Below are positions 52,401 to 64,000 of a stretch of 64,000 nucleotides of DNA, one piece after another. The stretch lies in contig JBHGNT010000006.1 in assembly GCA_043228905.1 (NCBI GenBank), positions 17,236,001-17,300,000 on the forward strand, read 5' to 3'. The position numbers and the translations under genes are program-made. The notes under the pieces were generated by a model, which ran no database searches, was not told the origin of the DNA, and saw nothing but the letters and a program-made list of their open reading frames with translations. Source of the DNA: Azolla caroliniana. Taxonomy: Eukaryota; Plantae; Polypodiophyta. Position 1 is the first letter of the stretch, and every line of letters starts with the position of its first letter.

Positions 52401-53999
52401 GGACGGTGCGTCTGACGAAGAGATAAATGCTCTTTCAAAATTTACGTTTCGCCGAACAGGAAGTTTTGATAATGGTGTAGGAGAAAAGCCAAGCCCTTCT
52501 AAGGGAATAATGATTGCAGTAGGATCTCCTGAAGAAACTAAAGAGCGCCTCCTCACTGCAGAGAATGCGGTGGGTGCACTGACTCTTGTGATTTTAAGTT
52601 TATGCCCTTCTAAGTACAATTTGATCTTGATTTTCATATCATCGATGTGTTCGTCTCCGAAAGGGCTTCTAAATCCTGCCCAAGGTTTCTTCCTGGCAGT
52701 TTAAGTGAACATATAGAATGCTTTTTAGCTTATTATTTGTTGGAAAGCATGGCTGATTCCAAACAGTGGCAAAGTGTAGAAATACTAATTCCCATGAAAC
52801 AAACACAGTTATTTGAAGAATAATGGAGCATTAAGAGGGTAAGCAAAGAGGGGCACAAGGGTAGGTGCGATCTGACACTTCTCTGTTGTGTTAGCTTTCT
52901 TCCACGATATGGGTATTTATGCAAAGTTGCATAAAATTTTTTCAGGTTGGAAACTGAATCCGTGCAACAGAGACTGTTAAAACATGGAGACAGTAGGAGT
53001 GGGATGAGCTATGTAACCAAATAGACACATGAAAATTAGATGAAAGTGCATTCATAAGAGAATAATTGTTACTTTGCTAGTTCAGAAATTCTACATGTTT
53101 GTCCTATTTACTCAGAGAATTATTAATATACAATCTGCTTATTTACATCCATAAATTGTATATAACTGCTCACATGAAGAGATTGATAATCTATGCACTG
53201 GGTTTTCTATGGTCAAATATTGTACTTCCTAGTTTTTGGTTTCTTTGCTTGCATCCATGGATTTTATTATGTTTCTTTTACTTCATTTTCCCCTTTGTTT
53301 CCTCTTTTCATGCGTATTCTTGCTAGTTTTTGTAGCCTCAAGTTCATTGTCACTAGAGTAATAGCTTGCCTATTTCCTTAGCATTAAAGTTACAACATTT
53401 CAAAAAAGTAGTCCGGGTTAAAGTTAATGGGCCAAATTACCAAAATCCCACGAAGTTTTCAAATCTTATGAGAATACCCCTAATTAGTAGTAATTTTTGT
53501 ACTACAGGGATATTTTGGTCATGTTTCAAAGCGTAGGGGGTATTAGAATATCCTTACGTGTTTGTAAACTTAGTGCTATTAGTAAAATTTAAAAACTCAA
53601 GATTATTCTGTTGTTTTTTCCACAATGATTTAAGACGTTATAAAACAAGAAATGGCTAGATCACCATTGTTGAATCTCAATAAGCAAGGTGAGATTCCAC
53701 TTTAAATGGTACAAGCTGTTACATTTAGTCCCTGAACCTCATTATTTTCACATATGATATATCAATGCCTATGCATAAATATAAAATATAGCGTAATATA
53801 TAATACATTCTTTTTGTCTATGCAGGAATGTTGTATTTGTCTCTCAGCCTATGAAGATGGTGCAGAGCTCCGAGAGCTTCCATGTAGTCATCATTTTCAT
53901 TGTGCATGCATAGACAAATGGCTTCATATAAATGCAACGTGCCCGCTTTGCAAATATAATATCATTAAGAGTAACAATACCATTAGTGAGGAGGTGTAA
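42657..53999 (+). CDS. Transmembrane RING-H2 E3 ubiquitin ligase (At1g12760/At4g11680-like); exons 42657-43279, 44145-44264, 44348-44480, 52402-52569, 53826-53999
   Basis: [67 protein letters not shown] and RING-H2 [41 protein letters not shown]; splice phases are consistent. Confidence 0.93.
46028..46295. repeat. Imperfect ~150-bp-period duplication in intron 3
   Basis: gtgtgttcttatgaagacatgagtaag...tctctgctctcacattgtcaatggtttgca occurs twice. Confidence 0.75.
46510..51609 (-). mobile_element. Copia element K in intron 3 of the RING gene, antisense, degenerate
   Basis: LTRs 51180-51609 (5') and 46510-46968 (3'); TSD tcaca at 46505-46509 and 51610-51614; PBS gctttgatacca 51168-51179; gag, WLVDSGA, integrase, YVDD and RNase H fragments. 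Confidence 0.93.
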
Positions 54000-54830
54000 G
54001 GAGACTGCTTTGAGATGGTGAGGTATTCTCTAGTAGTGGTTATGTACACTTTTTGTTTCACAATTTCAAGGTATAGAAAGCATACTAGCTTGATGAAATT
54101 GAAGCTATGCTTGATAAATATAAGGAATGAGAAGTGGCGAAATTTGGTGGTTTTTTTGGATAGTGCTAAATCAATGTATCCTGTAGATGGTTTGTTGGTG
54201 GAGCCGGAGCCACAAAAGAAGTAAAGCTTACCCTGGCGCTAGTTTACAGTTTCTGAAGAGAAACAAGATAAGCTCAAAAAGATAGCTGGAGAATGTTGAT
54301 GGATTCTGTAAAACTTCCTCTAGCAGATTGCAAACATACTAGAGAAACTCAAGTGTGTTCCAATTATTCATGTATTTATTGAGCCAAATAAAGCCACCAT
54401 GCATGTATTTTTGAGCCAAAGAAAAGCATATGATATGATGCTTTAGAGCAATTTTAAGGGCGTTTGGTACTATTTTAAGTGAAGAGTACAGTTATGGTGA
54501 GTGCACTATTGATTGTTGATTAGATTGAATGCTAACCTATTCTTTATAGAACTATCCTTTTGTTATACAAAATTGTCTTGTGCTTTTAACATCCAAAATT
54601 TGATGTTTTGTGAATTTGTTACAAGTTCTTGCAGTATATGCCCATGTATATTTCTGATTTTCTTTTTAAATTTAGAAGATTTCCATTGAAAATGAGTGAG
54701 AACTACTTATGATGGATTAGTTGGTTGTAATATTGGTTGTAATATTATTTACTCTTCTGGATATGTATAATATTGGTTGGGTAGCTGTGTGGGAAGTGGC
54801 AAATCCATTGATAATCGGAGTTGCAGAAGG

Positions 54831-54992
54831 AGAAATATTATTGGAATTGGAAGGTGACATGGGGTGTAGATATTTGACGAGTATTCTTGCTGGATGCCTC
54901 ACGTGAACAACAGAAATATTATTGGATTGAGAAGGCAACATGGGGTGTAGATATTTGACGAGCATTCTTGCTTGATGCCTCACGTGAACAAC
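54831..54992. repeat. ~80-bp tandem duplication
   Basis: agaaatattattgga...catggggtgtagatatttgacgag...cctcacgtgaacaac occurs twice. Confidence 0.8.
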
Positions 54993-55794
54993 ATTCCATG
55001 ATGTTCAAATGTCTCTGTTTGAGATCATCCTCTTTGCGATTGAAAGTAGTGGTCACAAGCCTACAATGGATTGGAGATTTGCAATAATTACAACACTTTA
55101 TAATTTGGCTTGATATCATAGACATTAGAGATGCCCATAGAACTCTTATCATAGACATTAGAGCTAAAATATCATTAGCATATTGCATGGTATGAAGAGC
55201 TAAAATGATAGCACCATCCACAAGACAATGTTAACAAATCGTGGCACTTGTGGCATTGCATTAAAGTTGCAATTGCTGCTTTTGGGAGAAAAATTGTAAC
55301 AAGGTTGGGATTACGGATTTGCCATAATTAGGGTTCATAATATGGCTTGATATCATAGACACAGTAGAGATGTCCATAGAACTTCGTCATAGATATTGCA
55401 TAATAAGAGCTAAAATGATATCACTGTTCTCAGAAGGCAACTTTAACAAATTGTAATAGTTGTGGACTTGCATCAAAGTTGCAATTGCTGCTTTTGGAAT
55501 TAAGAGGAATGGTAACTAGGTTGGTAAATTATTTGTGTAATTGGTTTGGCATATAAAGTTATGTAGGGAATCCATTAGATGTACAAAGACAATTTACAGA
55601 AATAAGGGGTAAGATGATTGACAATTTCATGGAAGTTTTGCTTAGTAATGCTAAGTTTCAATGCATAACTTAAAACATGAATGACAAGGAAAAATCTGAT
55701 TAAATTATCGACAGAGTAATATTTTATTATGTTGCTAGAACCACAATATACGTCCTTTGATAACCTAGAAAGCAATCTCATGGATGCACCCTCT

Positions 55795-56448
55795 CATAGA
55801 TTGACACATGCGTGATATTCGTGATATTCTCTATGCGTGATATTCGTAATATTCGAGAATACGAAATCGCCCCAAGAATATTATAAAACCAATCGTTTTG
55901 CAAAATAAATATAAAAAAAATTAATTAATTAATTTTTTATTTAAATAAATTTATTTCACCAAAAAAAGAATAATTATTCATTAATAGATTGTAGTGTCAT
56001 GTCAGCCTTCATGAAACTTATTTTAATTAACTAATTTTTAAAAAATAAATATTTTTATATTTATTATAAAAATATGATTACTGTGAACTTTCATGTGCTA
56101 TTTTTAATGTCAAGATAAAAATATCCATAAATTTTGAGGGAATAAAAAGTGAAAAATTAAAGAACCTTTATTTTATTTTATTTATTTATTAAAAATAAAA
56201 CGAATACTTATAGTTATAACTTATAAGTTACACATTTATTATAAAAATTGAGTAGTGTCAAGTCCCTCTTTTATTATCCCTATTTATTGTGAAGTTCCTT
56301 TTTTTTTATCCTAAGAAATTAAAATAGATAAGTTTACGTACTCTCTTTTTTCTTTTTGGGATCAAACGAATACTTGACCACCCATTCGTATTCGTATTCG
56401 TTTTCATTCGAATAGGAAAGCTCACGAATGCGAATATGTCAATCTATG
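55795..56448. mobile_element. hAT-type MITE
   Basis: TIR catagattgaca / tgtcaatctatg; perfect 8-bp TSD caccctct; subterminal tattcg repeats; AT-rich core. Confidence 0.92.
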
Positions 56449-56924
56449 CACCCTCTAATCTCGTTTATTTTCCCTATTTATAGATAATTTTCAAAGCTAT
56501 CAAATATGTGGGTTCTTTTGAATACTTGGGAATGTCGACAAACCATAATTGGGCGATACATAAAATGTTAGCTGTAGGCTGATTTGACAAGCTCTTGTAT
56601 TTTGAATCTAAAGGCAATCTCAATAACCATCATGAATGCCCAACAAAGATTATACACTTCAAAATACACATCTCGTTGTATGGCATGAAGGTTCCCCCTC
56701 TAGCACTAGCATTGACGTGTGGAACAATAAGTAACCCGTGGCCAAAAAAGAGTGTCATCCTAATTCAAAGATGAAGAAGGTTTGGGCTTGTGAAACCCAT
56801 CCACTTAGCCAATGGCTAAAACCAAAATGCAATTGAAAATTCCCAGTTATATTTTTGCATCTCATTTCAATTTTCCAAGCGTAAAATAAGTCATTTAGTT
56901 ATTCTCAACATATAACTTGTGTGT

Positions 56925-57268
56925 ATGGGAAAACCACCTTGGCTTATATGTGAGAATTGTGCTTAAATTGATAGGTTAAAAAATACACCTTGGGCAAGCC
57001 TTGGCACCTCAACTTAAATTGTCTTTTGACCATAGTTGTGACTTGGGAACCCTAGTCATGACCGTTCAGATGAATTCCTGGTTGACACTTGACCTTGTTC
57101 ATGGAGTAATTTCCAAGATATAACTCAAGTGTTTTGGAAAACAACTTTGGCTTATATGTGAGAATTGTGCATAAATTGATAGGTTAAAAGATACACCTTT
57201 GGCCAAGCCTTGACACCTCAAATTTAAATTCACTTTTGACCAAAGTTGAGGCTTGGGAACACATGACC
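56925..57268. repeat. ~207-bp-period direct duplication
   Basis: ttggcttatatgtgagaattgtgc...aaattgataggttaaaa...cttgggaac at ~56939 and ~57146. Confidence 0.75.
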
Positions 57269-58473
57269 GTCCTTTGGTAAGATAAGAAAACCTTCATGGC
57301 GTTGCCAACATCAACATAGGAAGAAATCCTGATGCATTCATCTAACTATTGAAGCAAACATGAGGATCTAATTGAGGCCATGTCTTCAGCCTCTGGCCCA
57401 TCCAGATTGACAAGTAGAGGTTGTGGCATAAACCACATCTCACTAGCAAAGTTGCATTATTTATATGATAACCCAAGTTACACATAAAGACCAACACTAA
57501 AGCAATAGCATCCAACTCAACATGGCTTTTTTATATTAAGTTACACAAGTTCCTACTTGATGGAACTTCATGGACAAAATGTAATAGATATTTTATAACC
57601 TCTGATATATTAAAAACATTTGGGAAAATTCCTAATGTGGAGTTTAACGAAGTCCATGATTTCCTGTCTGGTTCAAAAAACTCGACATACCAAGGTGGTA
57701 GGCACCTTTTGTTTTTTACAAGAGAAATTCCTGAGAATAAGTACTGTAAAGTATTAGTCCACTGCCAATAATTGTTTTGCACTGGAACAATTTCTAGAGA
57801 GGGCACAATAAAATTTACTCCATACCCATAACGAGCCATGAGTTTTTATTAACCAATGGCTGCAACTTTTAAGTGCAGATCAATCACCAAAGATGTTGAC
57901 CCAAGGAATATATACTCAAAATATTGTAAATATTCAATCAATAGATAGCATCAATGATAATATCCAACCTCGAAAGATGATTTCATTTAATTTCTTTGAA
58001 GCTTACGCCAACTATTGAGCTAAAGCAGATGAAACAAAAAATAAGCATTGATAAGGCCAGACATGGATAAAATCTAATAGAAATGCATGACAAAGAAATA
58101 ATGTTAAAAACAAACAAACATATTCATTAAAGAGATCAGAACGTATATACCAAACTTAACAGAAAACATTACAAAGGAGACGTAAATCCTCATAGTTTAT
58201 AACTTGAAAAGGGTAAAGTATAATTCGGCACATATAGACAAGGAATTTGTTTCATTTTTTCAGAGCATTAAGTTGTATTTTTAAAAAAAGCAGATATATT
58301 AGCATAATCTACTGATTTCTTTACAGGAACTTAATGTACCAAACAATATACTGAAAGATGTACTTAAGTTTGACATGTAATCCAACTTCCACGATAGGCT
58401 TAAATCTGAATTGAATATCTCCACATGACTACATGATTTCATACATGTATATGTCTTTCTTAAAGTCCATTAG

Positions 58474-58556
<83 letters not shown>

Positions 58557-58585
58557 GTTCCATCCGTTCATGATGGAATTAAAAT

Positions 58586-61201
58586 TTAATGCCAAAATGA
58601 ACGGGAGTGATTTAACAAGTCTTCTCGATGAAGAATCCTAACCTTATTCTGTTGTTGAAATCCCAGTTGTTTTAGAGGTGGAAACAAACCTCTGAATTCC
58701 AGCTGTTCTTCTAGTAGATGCTCATAACCCCAATCTCGTGATCGTAAGCACTCTAGCTTTGCAACATGTGAATGATCAATAAACAAATTGACCTGCATCA
58801 TCAAGTCTTAAGAGAAATCAACAAACTTTGTGATCGAAGGCAAGTTGTAAAGGTTTAAAAGAAAAATTAAGTAAAGGAATTTGGTATTTGGAGGCATTAC
58901 TCCTGATCCATATCGGTTGACAAACCATTGCACACTTTCAGGTTCATTTGCCTCAAACATGATCTTTTGCAACCCGAGGCGCTCCGCCACCCTTGCTATC
59001 AAATCTGTTCTCCACACATCCACATCCTTTGTAATACCCTCAGCATCAACCATAATCATGTCAGCCCCAGCTTCGAGACACCTTTCAGCTCTTCGAATCA
59101 AATAGTCCATTTCTGGTCATGATCAGCCCAACAAATAGGATCAGCCAAAGACTCATTTGTATGACCTCAGGGGGGATTTTGGGGGCCTCAGAGTCACTAT
59201 ATATGTGCATTTCTCTCATCACATGTGTTCAAGACTGTTCAGAATCCGTTTATTGTGAAAACATTTTCCGCAAGAGTTTAAAAAGTATCCTTTTAATTTC
59301 AATCTGTAAAATCCTCATTTATATTGTGTACTGTTATGTAGGGAACAGCTAAATGTTTTTGCTTAGGTGAACCCTCGTAATAGAGTCAAGTGTTCCATAC
59401 TGATCCCCTCAACAGGATTATTATAACTAATAGTATGCTGCAAAAGCACTAACCTCTCTGTAGATCACGGAGAGAATTGCTATCACCTGCACCCAAAGCT
59501 AGTTGAGGTTTTACCTTGAGACCCTCATTCTTTACCAATCTAATCAACCGTAAAAGCTCATTTTCTTGAAAATTCAGTGTTTCTGTGTTAAACTCCAGTA
59601 TATCGAAACCAACATATTTACAATCCTGTTATGTACAAACATTAAGCACCATGATGCAGCTAAATAGCAAGAAAAACAGGAAATGCAAACAAAAAAGTAC
59701 ATCCAAAACCAGAAAGAAAAAACTTCAGATTTTCCAGTGGTCACCTGGATATATTGCTTGAAAGCACTAGGACCCCTTTGAAGTACATGCTCAGCCCATC
59801 CTCCTGTACTCAAATATAGACCATGCTGGTGTGCCATGTCGGCAATCTCCTTGAGGAAGCTCTTTGGCATCAAACTTGCCAAACCTCCCTCGAACTTAAG
59901 ACCATCAATAAAAGTTGCATTTTTTTCAAGCATATCCTGATACCAGAAGAAACAGCACATTTCCATAGAAACAAGCCTCAGTTTGGTGAAAGATAATCAA
60001 TAAGTCTATACTTGTTCACAGTTTAACGAAATACTGTGTACCATATAGTACGAGAAAGAGACCAAACTGAAAGGCCAGATTAAATGGCCATTTTCCTTTC
60101 AACCATTTATTCAAAACATTTAAGAGCATAATGTATATAGACTACATGTGATAGCATGAGAAGGGGACAATATCCAAAGCTAGATGAATCTATCAATCTC
60201 TAGTTGTATGCGTTCTATTCCTTGCCAGACTATTTGTTTGTGCATCTAAGAAGAAAATAAGTTGGACTGGTTTATGACACTTTGAATTGTAAATGATCTG
60301 AAATGTTATTTTTCCTCTACAGTTTCTTTGTGGAAGTGATGTTTTTTTATGTTTCAAGGTCAATGCTTCTGGCAAAAGAAATCCTGAATGAAGAATGTGG
60401 GATATGGAACATTTTCATCCAACACATTTTTAGTCATTTCATCGGATACAGAACATTTTCATAATTCTATACACCCTATAGATCTTCGTAAGAGTGATCT
60501 GAGAAAGAAAGAAAGATATATTAATGTCTTCTAAGACCAAATTTGGTCCATGAGACAATTGATTACAATAATGGGATGTGTACCCAATCATCGAACATAT
60601 AAATCTGAACACGTTTTACCACTACCCACATACACAAAAAGTAAATGAGATTCGGAACCTTGAGGGTTCATTGATGTGTAAATAAATGGAGCAAAATTTA
60701 GACTTCTACATCAAGTGCCATATCCAGAGGCACTCTAGTAGACTAAGGGAATATCTTAGGTTTCAAATGAAACCTGTTATATATATATATATATATTTAT
60801 GTCGAGAGAGAGACCGCAAATCTGAAAACTTTGTAGCAAACAAATATCAAGATTATTTCTTTATTTCTTTGATTAATTTACCGGGATGAGATGGGGGACC
60901 CATAGTAGATTAGAAAGGAGGAAAACAATTGTATTCAAGATTTGATATATTTTACTATGTACTGGATGAAAGGAAGCACCCACAACAGAGTACAAAGGTG
61001 GGGTGGGGATATTGATGGATGTTAATCCATTTTATGCAATGAAATTTTGTTTTCAAATTGAAAGATGTTGTTGGGTCTTACCTGAAGAAAAGGAGGAGCC
61101 ATGACGGAGTAGAAGGGGCTTCTGATTTCCGTGATTCCATGTCTTCGTGGCCTCTCCAGCCGGGCATCCACGTCGTCCAAAACCTGCAGAAATCCCTCCA
61201 T
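58586..61201 (-). CDS. HSA32: Heat-stress-associated 32 kDa protein (phosphosulfolactate synthase/ComA-like); exons 61201-61082, 59936-59745, 59625-59454, 59112-58901, 58792-58586
   Basis: RPRRHGITEIRSPFY, FIDGLKFEGG...STGGWAE, LIRRAERCLEAGADMIMVDA, WRTDLIA, VNLFIDHS...LECLR; GT-AG junctions in phase. Confidence 0.88.
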
Positions 61202-61886
61202 GCTTTCTCTTTCTCAGTGTGTCTGTGTGTGTGTGTATGTAGGGGTAGTAGAGCCAAGTTCCAACACACAAGAAAGTATGTTGGTAATAATAATCATAAT
61301 AGTGGGTTACCACAAGAAGTGATTTGTGCTTTTGATTATGACAAAACATTGGGGGGCAATTGCATCCATCGATCTGATCCAACGAAAGGCCCTCCCATCT
61401 ACTGTTGTAATTTGTAAACCCATATTATGCGATGAGCAATGCGACATTGTATGACAAGATGAGTATTATTTTCCACTTGACGCAATCACCTGTTGCTAGC
61501 TTGTTTATCTTTAAAGCTAATCCCACATTTTTACTCTCCAAATGAAGAACTTTGCTAGCAGTGGCAATTTAGAATGTCATTGCTAGCAAACATTTAGGGT
61601 TAGGATATTTTTGATAGCCACAATACTAGTGTCTTGATAGCCTTTCAACAAAAATATTCCTCTCTCCTAACACTACTATAGAATAGGGCTATAACAATGC
61701 CACACCACGTTACTATGGACGACAATAAAGGTGTTGCTTATGTGTTGTTGTTCGATGTAGTTATCAACGTAGCAAATGTGTCGCATTATGAAGCCTCGGC
61801 ATCACATAGCGACATGGTTATTGTGTTGCACACAACGAAGCATTTAGAAGTGTTGCATAACAATGCCCTACAATGGCCAAAAAACA

Positions 61887-63030
61887 TGTTGAGAATCGAA
61901 CTCAACTTCCCATGGAGATAGTGTTCACACTAGCCAGTGGACATCATACTAGGCTAGTTTTGTAATTAGTAGAAAGGGCACTTGCCCTAGACTAGTTGGT
62001 ATTTAAACCAACTATTTGTAACTTAGTTACTGTTGGATGTAATTTCATTTTTTCCACTAATACAACTTCTTGTTCTAAGCTCTCTCTCTGGCTCTCTCCC
62101 TCTCTCTGTTTTCCTTACGTACACTCACACTCACACATAACTCGCTTCCGTTGCACAACACCACCTACGTCTTTCATTCTTTCTAATTGAGCTTTTCCAA
62201 TTGTGTTGAGCTACACAACGATGATCAACAGAACTAGTTTAAGCAACAGAGAATAATTCAACATCATGAACACTCAGATGGGAAGCGCTCTTCCTACAAA
62301 GAAGCTTGATAGAACAAACTTCGCATCTTGGGAGTACAAGATGCATCAATACCTTGTCGGACAAGGCTATTGGAGCTATATTGAGGGAGCTCACGAAACG
62401 CAACCCAACCCAACACACGCAAATTACCTAGCATGGGAGCAGGCCACAAGCCGCGTGTTGTATTCATGATTCAACCACCCGGTTTTGGATCGAGTAAACA
62501 CTTGAAAGTAGTCTGCCGACTCAGGAAGCCTCTATACGGCCTCAAGCAATCACCCAATATCTTCACCGAATTGGCTTCCGAATGTGGAAATCGGACAATT
62601 CTCTATATATTCGAAACAAGTTAGACAACCCGATTGTCATCATCCTATATGTGGATGATCTGGTCATCGGAGGAAAGGATCTCGTCAACATTAATAAGGT
62701 CAAAACGCTCCTATCCGACAGATTCAAAATGAAAGATATGGACGAGCTCCATTACTTCCTTGGTATCGAAGTAATTCGTACACCAGTCGGGATATTGATC
62801 TCTCAACGAAACTATATTCTTCACTTACTCTACAAGTTCAAGATGATTTAGTGCAAACCTGTGTCTACCCATTTCGATCGAAATCTCAAGCTTGATGCCA
62901 ATTCGGGAACAAAAGATTGCAAACCGACTCAGTATCATCAACTGATCGGTAGCTTAATCTAACCATTACCCGACCTGACCTCAACTATTCGGTTTGTCTA
63001 CTTAGCCAATTTATATAGAAACTTCGGGAT
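61887..63030 (+). mobile_element. Internally deleted copia (LTR, gag N-terminus fused to an RT fragment), element I family
   Basis: LTR start tgttgagaatc; MNTQMGSALPTKKLDRTNFASWEYKMHQYL; jump at ~62464 to MIQPPGF...LYVDDL. Confidence 0.8.
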
Positions 63031-64000
63031 TGTTAGGAATAGTACTGAGACAGAGAAGAAATTAGTACAAAGAGAGGAATATTAGTACTAAGAGAAATAG
63101 AGGGTGTAGAACACTCGAGAGAAGGAGAGAGAGAGAGAGAGAGAGATCGAGGGAGAGAAAATGATGATGACAACGATATATTATGTGAGAAGAATATACA
63201 AGGAAGGCTAGGATGCTTAAGATTGGTGTTGAACCGATTTGGTTCGAAATAATGCCTCGTGCCTCCTTTTATAGTGTTCTCAGGAGTAATCCTGAAGCTC
63301 CTAGAATGTTCCAGAGAAATTTGGAATATACATTAATTTTCTATAGTAAAACTTAAATAAAAATAATATCCTACGTATTACAATAGATAGTGTAATGGTC
63401 AAGAGCTTGACCCATGTAACAACCCGGTTTATCTGGATATTGACGATGGAAGTCTTCAAGAAGAGCACGAGCATTGGTCACATTCTCTATTGGTTCCCAA
63501 GTATGCTTGCTGGGATTATATCCTAGCCAATCGCCTAAATAGTAGAGCTTGTTGCGAACAATCTTAGAATTGAGGATGGCGGCAACCTTGTACTCAGGTC
63601 CATCTTCAAGTTCGATCGGGGTTGGAGGTTGTGGAATACGTCCTAGGATGGTGCTGTCTTGATAGGGTTCGAGGAGAGAACTATGAAACACTGGATGTAT
63701 GCGAAGCTGGGGGGATAGATCGAGATGAAAAGCGACATCATTAATCTTTCTGATAATACGGAAAGGACCTAATCGCCGATAATCCAACTTCTCGCATGGG
63801 CGAGTAGTCTTGTTGTGTCGTCGTAGTAGCCATACTCGATCTTCAATGTTAAAACTGGATGGAAGCCGATGACAATCGGCGTAAACCTTGTGTGTTTGTT
63901 GAGCTTGTTGTAGATGAGTAGATAAATCTGCTTGTATCTTGCGTAACCGCTCCAAACAATCCTCTGCGCAAGGATTTGTGGGTAACTCTAGGGTTTCAAA
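63031..64000 (-). mobile_element. Ty3/Gypsy chromovirus 3' end (integrase C-terminus + chromodomain, LTR ~63031-63421)
   Basis: KLDYRRLGPFRI...HPVFHSSLLEPY (GPF/GPY) and YKVAAILNSK...YLGDWLGY...TWEP chromodomain; TG...CA-bounded segment 63031-63421. Confidence 0.85.

Overview
Eukaryotic land-plant nuclear DNA; fern-like is an inference from the long (AG)n tracts, AT-rich introns and element types. The first ~39.5 kb is a stack of nested transposons, mostly Ty1/copia LTR elements, whose LTRs, primer-binding sites (PBS), polypurine tracts (PPT) and target-site duplications (TSD) can mostly be read directly. It also holds Gypsy-type fragments, a non-coding LTR element and a hAT-type MITE. Two spliced host genes follow: a transmembrane RING-H2 E3 ligase (+, with a copia element in intron 3) and HSA32 (-). 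A second hAT-type MITE lies between them, and the window ends in a deleted copia and a chromovirus fragment. The standout is a ~4.86 kb terminal-inverted-repeat (TIR) element (~28546-33409) inserted in a copia pol region. It carries a 5-exon, ~916-aa gene fusing a ParB/Srx-like domain to a beta-class N4/N6 (amino) DNA methyltransferase. Four palindromes and a TATA box lie upstream, and a truncated divergent ORF may be a transposase remnant. All domain calls are by eye from motifs; no database search was run.
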